Assembly: GCA_016201735.1 (NCBI GenBank)
Contig: JACQCH010000014.1
Coordinates: forward strand, 1-59,582
DNA length: 59,582 nucleotides
Origin: Candidatus Omnitrophota bacterium
GTDB taxonomy: Bacteria; Omnitrophota; Gorgyraeia; 1-14-0-20-64-10
Direction: 5' to 3'
Of the stretch, positions 10,576 to 19,863 are shown piece after piece. Numbering within the stretch: the first letter of the stretch is position 1; each line of letters opens with the position of its first letter. The position numbers and the translations under genes are program-made. The notes below the pieces were generated by a model. The model was not told the origin of the DNA. It was given only the letters and a program-made list of their open reading frames with translations, and searched no databases.

Positions 10576-11745
10576 GTGAAGATACTTCAGATCACCTCTC
10601 ACCTGAACGTTGGGGGGATCACCCGATACATTCTGGCCCTGTCCAAACAGCTCTTGGCCCGGGGCCATCAGGTCGTCATCGCCTCGGGGGGTGGGGAGTT
10701 GGAGCTCCAAGTGCGGGAGATGGGAATCGAACATTGGCGGGTTCCCTTTAAGACAAGCGCGGAGTTCAGTCCGCAGGTTTTCTGGGGGATCCGGGAACTG
10801 GCGGCCCGCTTAGGCGTTGAGCCGGCCAGCCGGTCTGAACCGGTGGATTTGATCCATGCCCACACCCGGGTCGGCCAAGTGGTGGCGGCCCGGATCTCCC
10901 GCCGGTTGAACATCCCCTATGTGACGACCTGGCACGGAATTTACAAGCGGAGATTAAGCAGGAAATTATGGCCCTGCACGGGAAGGATGACGATCGCCAT
11001 CAGCGGCCCCGTCCGCCAACATCTCCAGGAATATTTTCAGATTCCGGAGGAACGGATTCGCTGCATCTACAATGGGATTGACACGGCCCATTATGCTTCG
11101 GCTCCAGATCCCTCAGCGGTGGAGAGGTACCGGGAGAGCCATCAAATCCCGGCAGGTCGGCCGGTCATTGGAGGAATCGGCCGGCTGGCCGCGGGCCGGG
11201 TGAAAGGTTTTGACTCCCTTTTAGTGAGTGCCCACTTGTTAAAGAAGACCTTCCCGGATATCCAGGTCTTGATCGTCGGAGATGGACCGCGGCGGCCATT
11301 TCTTGAGGATGTGGCCAGACGCCTTGGGGTTCGGGACCAGGTCCGTTTTTTGGGGGCTTCCGGGGATGTCCGGCTGCCGCTGGCCCTCATGGATGTCTTT
11401 ATTTTTTCGTCCCGCTGGCCGGAGGCGTTTGGCCTGACCCTGGTGGAGGCGATGGCGGCGGCCAAACCGGTGGTGGCGACAAAGGTGGGAGCGGTTCCGG
11501 AGATTGTCGAACATAACGTGAGCGGATGGCTGGTCCCTGTTGAGGATCCAGATTCGTTGGCCCAGGGGATCGCCCGATTGCTGAGGGACCGAGCCACCGC
11601 CTCCAGATTGGGGCGCGCCGCCCAGATCCGGGCGCGAGAGATGTTCAGTGTCGACCGGATGGTTTCGGAGATAGAACAGGTTTATCGGGAGGTATGTGTC
11701 CCCTTGGTACCGGGTACCGGGGGGACACGTACGGCGATTTCGTAG
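10576..11745 (+). CDS. GT4-family glycosyltransferase
   Basis: KILQI....GG, IHAH, IYNGID, EAFGLTLVEAMA...PVVAT.VG; GTG start at 10576. Confidence 0.9.
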   Translation: MKILQITSHLNVGGITRYILALSKQLLARGHQVVIASGGGELELQVREMGIEHWRVPFKTSAEFSPQVFWGIRELAARLGVEPASRSEPVDLIHAHTRVGQVVAARISRRLNIPYVTTWHGIYKRRLSRKLWPCTGRMTIAISGPVRQHLQEYFQIPEERIRCIYNGIDTAHYASAPDPSAVERYRESHQIPAGRPVIGGIGRLAAGRVKGFDSLLVSAHLLKKTFPDIQVLIVGDGPRRPFLEDVARRLGVRDQVRFLGASGDVRLPLALMDVFIFSSRWPEAFGLTLVEAMAAAKPVVATKVGAVPEIVEHNVSGWLVPVEDPDSLAQGIARLLRDRATASRLGRAAQIRAREMFSVDRMVSEIEQVYREVCVPLVPGTGGTRTAIS

Positions 11746-12434
11746 GCGATCAGGGTGGTGGCGGTGGCGACGTTAAAGGAAAGAGCAGCCCCCTGCATCG
11801 GGAGGGTGACCGTTAGCTCCAAATGTTTCTTTAAACCGGGCCGGATCCCTTCCCCCTCCGAGCCGATCACCACCCCGAGCGGATGGGGCCAGGAAACTTG
11901 GGGGAGGGGCGTCCCCCCGGACACAACGGCGCCGACGATCCAGGTGCCGGCCTCCTTCGCCAGTTCGCAAGCGGTGACGAGGTTGGTCACCTGTGCAACC
12001 GGCACATAATTCTCACCGCCGCAGGCGATCCGTAGGACCGTTTCATTGATTTCAGCGGAATCATGTTTTGGAAGGACGATCGCCATCCGTCCGAAACAGG
12101 CGAGGGTTCTTAAGATGTTCCCGAGATTTTGGGGGTCGGTCACCCGGTCGAGCAGGAAAAGGGTCGGGCGCTGGGTTTCCGGGCGCTTCAAAAGATCGGC
12201 CAGAGGGATATAACGAAACGGATCCACCTCGGCCAGCACCCCTTGAGCATGGACCTCCTCCCCGGCCAGTTTGGCGAAGGCCGGCTTCGAGAGGGAAACG
12301 AAGGGGCGCTTGATCGCTTTCGCGGCCTGCACCACCTCACTGGAATCGGTCTCCTGCTGGAGGTAAAGCATCCGGATGGTTTCCGGGGCGGCCTTTAGCC
12401 GTTCGATCACCGGGCGCTTTCCGTAGAGACGCAC
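11682..12434 (-). CDS. rlmB: TrmH/SpoU-family 23S rRNA 2'-O-methyltransferase (RlmB-like)
   Basis: LYGK.PV.E.L, HAQGVLA, LDRVTDPQNLGNILRT, GSEGEG, LPM...SFNVA; GTG start at 12434. Confidence 0.85.
   Translation of the reverse strand: MRLYGKRPVIERLKAAPETIRMLYLQQETDSSEVVQAAKAIKRPFVSLSKPAFAKLAGEEVHAQGVLAEVDPFRYIPLADLLKRPETQRPTLFLLDRVTDPQNLGNILRTLACFGRMAIVLPKHDSAEINETVLRIACGGENYVPVAQVTNLVTACELAKEAGTWIVGAVVSGGTPLPQVSWPHPLGVVIGSEGEGIRPGLKKHLELTVTLPMQGAALSFNVATATTLIAYEIAVRVPPVPGTKGTHTSR
11692..11732. repeat. Long inverted repeat in the overlap of two convergent genes
   Basis: gtatgtgtccccttggtacc-g-ggtaccggggggacacgtac. Confidence 0.7.
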
Positions 12435-12452
12435 AATAATTATTCTACTACA

Positions 12453-12545
12453 GCCACGGGTCCTGCCGCGGTTCGCCCCGCGCCTGGGCCCCTCCGCCCG
12501 GTGTGGATCCTCCCATGCGCGTGGCATCACCGCGTCACCCGTGGC
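12453..12545. other. Intergenic long imperfect hairpin between divergent -10 boxes
   Basis: Nested pairings gccacgggt/acccgtggc, cgcggt/accgcg, gccccgcgcctggg/cccatgcgcgtggc. Confidence 0.55.
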
Positions 12546-12568
12546 CTCGATAGGATATAATGATGCCA

Positions 12569-12817
12569 ATGATTGAGAAGATCGGATTTGTCGCGGCGGT
12601 GGTTCTGCCGCTGTGGAATATTCCGCTGATCGTTAAGGTCGGCCGGCGGAAATCCTCGAAGGATTTAAGCCTCGCTTGGGCGCTGGGGGTCTGGGTCTGC
12701 TTGGTGGCGATGCTCCCGTCGGGTCTTCTATCGGCGGATCCGGTGTTCAGGGTCTTTGCGGTCATGAACATCACCCTTTTCTCTGCGGTCGTGATTCAGG
12801 TCCTGCGTTATCGATGA
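12569..12817 (+). CDS. PQ-loop/SemiSWEET-like small transporter
   Basis: IG.VA.V.LP..NIP.I.K..RRKSSKDLS, three transmembrane segments; start 12560, 12563 or 12569. Confidence 0.75.
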   Translation: MIEKIGFVAAVVLPLWNIPLIVKVGRRKSSKDLSLAWALGVWVCLVAMLPSGLLSADPVFRVFAVMNITLFSAVVIQVLRYR

Positions 12818-12827
12818 AAGGATTGCC

Positions 12828-13388
12828 ATGGCGTTAACTCCATCCACCATGCTGGCGCTGGGAACTCAGGCGCCGGACTTTACTCTGCCGGACGTCGTTT
12901 CGGGAAAGAAAATCTCGTTGGATTCTTTCGCCGGTAAGAAGGGGTTGTTGGTGATGTTCATCTGCCGGCACTGCCCTTACGTGCAGCACGTCAAGGCAGA
13001 GCTGGCCCGCATAGGCAAGGATTACGCGTCGAAGGATCTTGGGATCGTGGCGATCAGCGCCAACGATGCCTCGAATTATCCGGACGATGCCCCGGATCAA
13101 CTGAAGGAGATGGCCCGGGAATTGGGATTCACCTTTCCATTCTGCTACGACGAGCAGCAGGAAACGGCCAAGACCTACCAGGCCGCCTGCACGCCGGACT
13201 TCTTTCTGTATGACGAAGAGAGGAAGCTCGTCTACCGGGGACAACTGGATGAGAGCCGGCCCGGGAACGGAAAGCCGGTCACCGGCCGGGACCTGCGCTT
13301 GGCGCTCGACGCGGTGCTGGCCGGCGGACGGGTGGATCCGAATCAGAGGCCGAGCGTCGGCTGCAACATCAAGTGGAAGGCGGCTTGA
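12828..13388 (+). CDS. Thioredoxin-like AhpC/TSA family protein
   Basis: APDFTLPD, CRHCPYV, ISAND, YPDD, ACTPDF, YRGQLD, GCNIKW. Confidence 0.9.
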   Translation: MALTPSTMLALGTQAPDFTLPDVVSGKKISLDSFAGKKGLLVMFICRHCPYVQHVKAELARIGKDYASKDLGIVAISANDASNYPDDAPDQLKEMARELGFTFPFCYDEQQETAKTYQAACTPDFFLYDEERKLVYRGQLDESRPGNGKPVTGRDLRLALDAVLAGGRVDPNQRPSVGCNIKWKAA

Positions 13389-13417
13389 CAGCCGTACTAA
13401 AATGGAGTATACTCCAT
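13385..13417 (+). promoter_or_regulatory. Sigma70 promoter TTGACA-N17-TATACT overlapped by the palindrome ATGGAGTATACTCCAT
   Basis: -35 at 13385-13390, -10 at 13408-13413, palindrome 13402-13417. Confidence 0.75.
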
Positions 13418-13450
13418 AATAGTAATACTATCTAGGATATTAATCCGAAA

Positions 13451-14620
13451 ATGGAGATATTGCAGAGAAAGCTCAATCTGCGTTTGCCCAAGGGCCGGTC
13501 GGCGTTTCTGTGGGGGGCCCGCAAGACCGGGAAAACCACGTACCTTAAAGAAAAATTTCCCAACAGTCTTGTCTACGATTTTCTAAAGACCGACCTGTTC
13601 GTGGAGCTCTCGAAAAATCCCTCCCTGTTTCGAGAACAGCTTCTGGCCAAAGAACCCCGCTCGCTTCAGAAGCCCATACTCTTGGACGAGGTGCAAAAGG
13701 TTCCTCAAATTTTGGATGAGGTCCATTGGCTCATTGAAAATAAAGGTCTGCAGTTCATCTTATGCGGTTCCAGCGCGCGGAAATTGAAAAGAGGCCACGC
13801 CAATCTGCTGGGAGGGAGGGCTTGGCGCTATGAGATGTTCCCGCTGGTCAGCGCCGAGATCGAGCGGGTGGATCTTTTAAGAGCTCTCAACCACGGCTTG
13901 ATTCCAAGCCATTACCTCCAAGAAGGCCATCGAAAATCTTTGAAGGCGTACGTTCAGGATTACCTCAAAGAGGAGGTTTTCGCCGAAGGATTAACGCGTA
14001 ATATCCCGGCTTTCTCCAGATTCTTCGATGCCATGGGATATTCCCATGGCATGCTTACCAATTATTCCAACATCGCACGGGATTGCGGAGTGGACGCCAA
14101 AACGGTGCGGGAATATTACCAGATTCTGGTAGACACTCTGTTGGGCACGATGGTCGAACCTTTCAAAAAGAGGCAGCATCGGCAAGTGATCGGTAAGGCA
14201 TCCAAATTTTATCTGTTTGATGTGGGCGTTGCCGGCGTCCTCACCCAGCGGCATCTCGAAGAGGAACGGGGAGAGGCCTTCGGGAAGGCGTTTGAACATT
14301 TTCTTCTGATGGAACTGATCGCCTACCGTTCTTACACCGAGTCGGATTTCTCCATCCACTTCTGGAGGACGAAATCGGGATTGGAGGTGGATTTCATCCT
14401 TGGAGCCGGGGAAGTGGCATTGGAGGTCAAGGGAACCTCCCGAGTGAACTCGAGCGATTTAAGGCCCTTGAAGGCGTTTGTAGAAGAACATCGACCCGCC
14501 AAGGCTTTGGTGGTCTGCAACGAGAAGGCCGCCCGGGTGACGGATAAGATCCGGATCCTTCCCTGGAGAGATTTTCTTTCCGATCTCTGGGAGGGGAAGA
14601 TCATGAAGAAAGGTGTTTAA
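13451..14620 (+). CDS. AAA+ ATPase (AAA_14 + DUF4143) with C-terminal PD-(D/E)XK-like motif
   Basis: GARKTGKT, LLDEVQ, CGSSAR, LGGRA, KFYLFDVG, FWRT..G.EVDF, EVK. Confidence 0.88.
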   Translation: MEILQRKLNLRLPKGRSAFLWGARKTGKTTYLKEKFPNSLVYDFLKTDLFVELSKNPSLFREQLLAKEPRSLQKPILLDEVQKVPQILDEVHWLIENKGLQFILCGSSARKLKRGHANLLGGRAWRYEMFPLVSAEIERVDLLRALNHGLIPSHYLQEGHRKSLKAYVQDYLKEEVFAEGLTRNIPAFSRFFDAMGYSHGMLTNYSNIARDCGVDAKTVREYYQILVDTLLGTMVEPFKKRQHRQVIGKASKFYLFDVGVAGVLTQRHLEEERGEAFGKAFEHFLLMELIAYRSYTESDFSIHFWRTKSGLEVDFILGAGEVALEVKGTSRVNSSDLRPLKAFVEEHRPAKALVVCNEKAARVTDKIRILPWRDFLSDLWEGKIMKKGV

Positions 14621-15849
14621 GTGCGGGGAAGAAAGAGGCCGAGGGAAGAGGTGAATCCATGGAGGAACAGGCGGCCTCCGATCGGCCCGATCTCTCCGTT
14701 GCAGAAGAAGCCGGCGATTGGGACCGGCTTGCCGGTTTGAACCGGCCCGCCGGAAGGAGCCGTTTCCCCGAGGCAGGATTGGATCGTCCGGATGTCGTGG
14801 TGCGGCTCTCCGTAAAGATCCCGCCCCCGTCCTAAACAGCTGAACAAGAGCCCCCCGGCGGGGGGTCTTTTCAGCGATTTCGAATGTTCCTCAAGCAGGC
14901 GGCGCAGATCCTCGCGGGCGGTATCTCCATCCCGCAATTGGAACTGCACCGTCTGCCCGACTTGGATCCGGTCGCCGATGAACAGGGCGCCCGATGCCGG
15001 GTCAAGCCCGACCAGGTTGCGGATCAGGAAATCTCCCCGGCGGAAGGTCTCTTTTTGTTCGTTCATGACGACCCCCAGGAACAGGGCCCGGCGGGCGAGG
15101 GCCTGATCGGGGGCGGGGAGACTGGCGAAAAGTTTCTGCAGAACTTTCGTCGTGGGGAGACCGGCCAATTCCAGGATCGCGTTGTCCTGGGCCTTGGTGA
15201 CGATGGCGGGGCGGCCGATGGGCCGGCAGCCCTGGGAGACGATCGTTTGAAGCTGGATATCCCCGGTTAGAAGGGTTCCCACCGCTCCTTCGGTGATGAC
15301 CTGGTCGTTCAGGAACAGAGCGGTGCTGCCGGGGGAGTCTCCCCCGCTGGCGAGGCCGCCGACGAGCGGCATCTTTGGATAGCTTTGATTCAGACCTCCC
15401 AACAGAGAGAGGGAGTCGCAGGAGAATGGATCGGGCAGAAGGATTCCGGCCGGTTCCTCGGCGGGCAAGCAGCCCAGTTTCTCGATCCAGAAGCCGGGGC
15501 CGCGGGGTTCCTCCAGATCTTCCGGCGAAACGGTGAACGGATACAGTTCCACCCGGGGCAGGTGGGCCGCGGCGAGTGACAGGGCGGGAGTAAATTCCAG
15601 CTCCTGGTCCCCGCCGAGGATCCCGCCGCCGGTGCAGCCGAGCAGAAGAGGATTTCCCAGTTCCTGACGGATCTTTCGGAGGATCGGTTCCCAGTCGGTT
15701 TTGTAGGAGGCCGAGACGAACAGGAATGCGGCGTGGGCGGGAGCTCCGCCGAGCTGGCCGGCGACGGCCTTAAGGACCGATTCCGCGGCGGCGGCCGGAT
15801 TTTTTTCGTCGGTGATCGACGAGGCGAAACGGATCGAATCGGGGATCAC
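14617..15849 (-). CDS. FIST N/C-domain protein
   Basis: GCTGGG, DPF, GGLASG, VSQGCRPIG, FSCLGRG, GFFCNGEIGP, LHGFT. Confidence 0.88.
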   Translation of the reverse strand: MIPDSIRFASSITDEKNPAAAAESVLKAVAGQLGGAPAHAAFLFVSASYKTDWEPILRKIRQELGNPLLLGCTGGGILGGDQELEFTPALSLAAAHLPRVELYPFTVSPEDLEEPRGPGFWIEKLGCLPAEEPAGILLPDPFSCDSLSLLGGLNQSYPKMPLVGGLASGGDSPGSTALFLNDQVITEGAVGTLLTGDIQLQTIVSQGCRPIGRPAIVTKAQDNAILELAGLPTTKVLQKLFASLPAPDQALARRALFLGVVMNEQKETFRRGDFLIRNLVGLDPASGALFIGDRIQVGQTVQFQLRDGDTAREDLRRLLEEHSKSLKRPPAGGLLFSCLGRGRDLYGEPHHDIRTIQSCLGETAPSGGPVQTGKPVPIAGFFCNGEIGPIGGRLFLHGFTSSLGLFLPRT

Positions 15850-15861
15850 ATTTTTATTGTA

Positions 15862-16001
15862 TCACCCCGCCCCTCCGGAGTATGCTCTCGGCAGAAGGGG
15901 TGGGTTTTTTAAGATTCAAGGGGGAGACAGCCGAGGGCATCTGTGCCTTCGGCACAGTGAAGCGGCCACGGCCGCTTCATGACTCCGGAGGGGCGGGGTC
16001 A
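15862..16001. mobile_element. MITE-like cloverleaf element, copy 1 (15865-15998 plus TCA direct repeats)
   Basis: TCA-CCCCGCCCCTCCGGAGT...ACTCCGGAGGGGCGGGG-TCA. Confidence 0.8.
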
Positions 16002-16028
16002 TAGCAGTTTCAGAAGGAGGTTCTCAGC

Positions 16029-16853
16029 TTGCTCGTGTTGCTCATGTGTAAAAGATCAGCCCGGAGGCCGGCCCGGTCCGCGCACCGGCTATCGCTGGTG
16101 GAAGCGATACCAGGCGCTTCAGCGCATCGGCGGACGCTGGAGAAGGTGCGGCGCCTGCTGCGCGTGAAGGGGATCCGGTTCAGGGCTGTTTACCGGGCTC
16201 GATTCACCGATCGCGCCCCTTACGACGGGGTGATCTCCGTCGGCGGAGATGGAACTTTTCTGGAGGCGGCCCGCCAAGTCCGGACCCAATGGATCTTGGG
16301 AGTCAATTCCGACCCGGCCCGGTCCGCCGGCTCTTTCTGCACGGCGAACGGATCCAACTTTGCCCAGGCGCTGGATCGGCTGCTTAAGAATAGGGCAGGA
16401 ATCCAGCGGCTGAATCGGGTTCAGCTTAGGATGGGCGGGCGTCCTTTAAAGGTTTTGGTCCTCAACGATCTTCTCGTCACCCATCGGAAACCGGCCGCCA
16501 TGAGCCGGTATTGGCTTCGGGTCGGCCGGGTTAGGGAAGAACAGTGGGGTTCCGGGTTATGGATCGCCACCGCGGCCGGATCCACCGGAGCGCTCCGATC
16601 CGCCGGCGGGCGCAAGATCCCCCGGGAGTCCAAGGCGCTCCAGTACAAACCGCGGGAACTTTACCGGGGACCCGGGTTCCGGTATCGGCTGACCGGCGGG
16701 ATCATTCCGCCGGGGCGCTCCGTCCGGATCGGTTCCCTGATGCAGGATGGGTTGATCTGCATCGATGGGGAGCACGTGACATTTCCTTTCAAACAGGGAG
16801 AGACGTTGTCCATCCGGAGCGCCCCTTACCCGCTTCGAGTCGTCCGATGCTGA
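16029..16853 (+). CDS. nadK: NAD kinase
   Basis: GGDGT, GVNSDP, LND, TAAGSTG...SAGG, IDG; AGGAGG RBS. Confidence 0.8.
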   Translation: MLVLLMCKRSARRPARSAHRLSLVEAIPGASAHRRTLEKVRRLLRVKGIRFRAVYRARFTDRAPYDGVISVGGDGTFLEAARQVRTQWILGVNSDPARSAGSFCTANGSNFAQALDRLLKNRAGIQRLNRVQLRMGGRPLKVLVLNDLLVTHRKPAAMSRYWLRVGRVREEQWGSGLWIATAAGSTGALRSAGGRKIPRESKALQYKPRELYRGPGFRYRLTGGIIPPGRSVRIGSLMQDGLICIDGEHVTFPFKQGETLSIRSAPYPLRVVRC

Positions 16854-17050
16854 ACCGCCACAGTTATTTTCCTCTTTGGCGGTTCAGGGGAGCCGTGCGC
16901 CGAGCGGAGCGAGGGAGAGCGAGGGCGTCGGCCCGAGCGACAGCACGGCGGGAGGCAATTCACCGGGCGACAAGTAAGGAGCCCGGCTTGTGAAGCCAGC
17001 CGAGTTGGTGAGGCTGGCCCCGAAGGCCGTCCAGCGGACGGCCGGAGGGC
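16850..17050. repeat. Multi-hairpin intergenic region before typA
   Basis: Pairings ctgaaccgcca/tggcggttcag, gccgtgc/gcacggc, ttcaccgggc/gcccgg..gtgaa, ggccgtcc/ggacggcc. Confidence 0.55.
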
Positions 17051-17057
17051 GCATTCC

Positions 17058-18878
17058 TTGACCCTGACCCCCCGCCTGCGGAACATCGCCATCATCGCCC
17101 ATGTGGACCACGGCAAGACCACCCTGGTCGATGCGATGCTCCGTTACACCAAGGCGGTCCGCGGCTCGGTGGGCGAAGGGGCGCTGATCATGGATTCGAT
17201 GGATCTGGAACGGGAGAAGGGAATCACGATCCGGGCCAAGAACGCGAGCATGCTTTACCGGGGAACCAAGATCAACCTGGTGGATACCCCCGGCCATGCC
17301 GATTTCGGGGGGGAGGTGGAGCGGACCCTCCGGATGGTTGACGGGGCCCTGCTTCTGGTGGACGCCAAGGAAGGCCCGATGCCGCAGACCAAGTTCGTCC
17401 TTCGCAAGGCGATCGGCCTGGGTCTGCCGGTGATCGTCGTGATCAATAAGATCGACCGCTCCGACGCCCAGGTCGACGAGGTGATGAACCGGACGTTCGA
17501 TCTGTTCGTGGAATTAAACGCCTCCTCGGCGCAGCTGGATTTTCCGGTGGTTTACACCTGCGCCACTTTAGGGACGGCAACCCTGCACTTGGAGAAGCCC
17601 GGCGCCGACGTCGCCCCCCTGTTTGAAACGATCCTCGAAAGGATTCCAGCTCCGAACGTGTTGCCTGACGAGCCGCTTCAGATCCTGGTGCTGGCCCTCG
17701 CCTACGATTCCTTCCGGGGCAAGATGGGGATCGGCAAGATCCACGCCGGAACGATCCGAAAGAATCAGCCGGTGATGCGGTGCGCCGCCGGCGGAAGCCG
17801 GCAGACCGGGACGGCCGCCGGGATTTTTGCCTATCAGGGGCTGGAACGGGTGGAGATTGAAGCGGCCGACTCCGGGGAGATCGTCGCCGTCGCCGGCTTT
17901 GATGAGGTCGGGATCGGCGATACCCTCACCGATCCCCAGAACCCAAAACCGCTGCCTCCGATGGTTGTCGAGGAGCCGACGCTTCGGATGGCCTTCTCCG
18001 TGAACAAGAGCCCCTTCGCGGGGAAGGAGGGAAAGTACGTCACCTCCCGGGCCCTGCGGGAGCGGCTTTACAAAGAGTTGGAGATCAACGTCGCTCTGCG
18101 CGTGACGGAGACCGAGAGCCCGGACACCTTTCTCGTCTCCGGGCGGGGAGAACTGCATCTGGCGATCCTGATCGAGACGATGCGGCGGGAAGGATACGAG
18201 ATGGAGGTTTCACAGCCGGAGGTGGTCACCAAAGAGGTGAACGGGCAGAGATGGGAGCCGTACGAATTCCTCACCATTGATGTGTCGGCGGAGTACCGGG
18301 GAACGGTGATTGAGGAACTGGGCAAGCGGCGGGGAGAAATGAAAGACCTGTCCCAACCGCCGATGGGGGAGATCCACTTCGAGTATTTGATCACCACGCG
18401 GGGGATTCTGGGTTTAAAGAGCGTCCTTTTAAAGAAGACTCGGGGGACCGCCTCCGTCCATCACATGTTCGAAGATTACCGGCCGGCGGTGGTGGACCTG
18501 CCGCCGCAGGGGGCGCACGGTTCTCTCGTGGCCACCGAGCCGGGGGTGAGCAGTTCCTTCGCGATCACCAATGCCCAGGAGAGGGGAGAGCTGTTCATCG
18601 GGCCGCAGGTCCCGGTCTACGAGGGGATGGTGGTGGGGCAGGCCGCGCGGGACCAGGACATGGGAATTAACATCTGTAAACAGAAAAAATTGACCAATGT
18701 TCGTTCCTCCACCGCTGAGACCACCGTTCTGCTGGTTACCCCAAGGGAACTCACCCTCGAACTTGCGCTGGAATACATCGGGCCGGATGAACTGCTCGAA
18801 GTGACCCCGATGGCTCTGCGGATCCGCAAGCGGATCTCCGATGCAAAACTGCGCATGCGGGCGCAGCGGGAATCGTGA
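17058..18878 (+). CDS. typA: Translational GTPase TypA/BipA
   Basis: [47 protein letters not shown]. Confidence 0.96.
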   Translation: MTLTPRLRNIAIIAHVDHGKTTLVDAMLRYTKAVRGSVGEGALIMDSMDLEREKGITIRAKNASMLYRGTKINLVDTPGHADFGGEVERTLRMVDGALLLVDAKEGPMPQTKFVLRKAIGLGLPVIVVINKIDRSDAQVDEVMNRTFDLFVELNASSAQLDFPVVYTCATLGTATLHLEKPGADVAPLFETILERIPAPNVLPDEPLQILVLALAYDSFRGKMGIGKIHAGTIRKNQPVMRCAAGGSRQTGTAAGIFAYQGLERVEIEAADSGEIVAVAGFDEVGIGDTLTDPQNPKPLPPMVVEEPTLRMAFSVNKSPFAGKEGKYVTSRALRERLYKELEINVALRVTETESPDTFLVSGRGELHLAILIETMRREGYEMEVSQPEVVTKEVNGQRWEPYEFLTIDVSAEYRGTVIEELGKRRGEMKDLSQPPMGEIHFEYLITTRGILGLKSVLLKKTRGTASVHHMFEDYRPAVVDLPPQGAHGSLVATEPGVSSSFAITNAQERGELFIGPQVPVYEGMVVGQAARDQDMGINICKQKKLTNVRSSTAETTVLLVTPRELTLELALEYIGPDELLEVTPMALRIRKRISDAKLRMRAQRES

Positions 18879-18882
18879 GGAG

Positions 18883-19788
18883 ATGACGGCCTCTGGAGTT
18901 GTTCTGGAAACGGAGCTGGCGGGAGCCAAGCTTTTCAAGCGGGGGAAGGTCCGGGACGTCTACGATCTTGGGGATCAACTGCTGATTGTGGCCACCGACC
19001 GGATCTCCGCCTTCGACGTGGTGATCCCGACCGGCATCCCCTCCAAGGGAGCCGTGCTGACGCAGATTTCCGCCTTCTGGTTCGAGAAGATGACCGATCT
19101 GACCCCCACCCATTTGGTCTCAGCCGACACCGACCGGATCACGCAGATGCATCCGGTCCTTAAAACCCACCGGGCGGTCCTGGCCGGCCGCTCGATGCTG
19201 GCGCGAAAGACCGAGGTGGTCCCGATCGAGTGCGTGGTCCGGGGCTACTTAGCCGGTTCCGGGTGGAAGGAATACCAGAAGTCCCAATCGGTCTGCGGCG
19301 TGCTCCTGCCGGCAGGTTTGAAGGAAGCCCAGGAGCTGCCGGAGCCGATCTTTACCCCGGCGACCAAAGAGGAATCGGGGCACGATATCAATATCTCCGA
19401 AGTGGAGATGGCCAAGCGGGTCGGCGCCGATTTAACGACGGCACTCCGGGAAACCAGCCTGGCCGTTTACAGCAGGGCGCGCGATTACGCCCGCTCGAAA
19501 GGGATCATCATCGCCGACACCAAATTTGAATTCGGCCGGTTCAATGGAGAGCCGATGCTGATCGACGAGCTGTTGACGCCCGACTCCTCCCGGTTTTGGC
19601 CGGTGGAGGAGTATGCGCCGGGGCGGTCGCCGGTCAGCTTTGATAAGCAGTTTGTCCGGGATTACCTGGAGGGCTTATCCTGGGACAAGACCCCGCCGGC
19701 TCCGGCCCTGCCCGAGGAGATTGTCCGAAAGACATCCGCCAAGTACCTTCAGGCCCTGGCCGTGCTCACCGGCCGGGGCCTTTCCTAA
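18883..19788 (+). CDS. purC: SAICAR synthetase
   Basis: GKVRDVY, TDRISAFD, ECVVRGY, TPATK, ADTKFEFG, DE.LTPDSSRFW, DKQFVRDYL. Confidence 0.96.
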   Translation: MTASGVVLETELAGAKLFKRGKVRDVYDLGDQLLIVATDRISAFDVVIPTGIPSKGAVLTQISAFWFEKMTDLTPTHLVSADTDRITQMHPVLKTHRAVLAGRSMLARKTEVVPIECVVRGYLAGSGWKEYQKSQSVCGVLLPAGLKEAQELPEPIFTPATKEESGHDINISEVEMAKRVGADLTTALRETSLAVYSRARDYARSKGIIIADTKFEFGRFNGEPMLIDELLTPDSSRFWPVEEYAPGRSPVSFDKQFVRDYLEGLSWDKTPPAPALPEEIVRKTSAKYLQALAVLTGRGLS

Positions 19789-19809
19789 GCTCCCCGCGGA
19801 TAATTTTTT

Positions 19810-19838
19810 TTGACTATTTATTTCGTATATGCTAATAT
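19810..19838 (+). promoter_or_regulatory. Sigma70 promoter TTGACT-N17-TAATAT with extended TG, upstream of marR-tolC-RND
   Basis: AT-rich island; inverted tatttatt/aataaata may be a MarR operator. Confidence 0.65.
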
Positions 19839-19863
19839 TTAGTTTAGGTGAATAAATAAACCG

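Noticed and set aside
12453-12545. tRNA or SRP RNA
   Set aside because: No cloverleaf, T-loop or CCA context, and no SRP helix-8 consensus.
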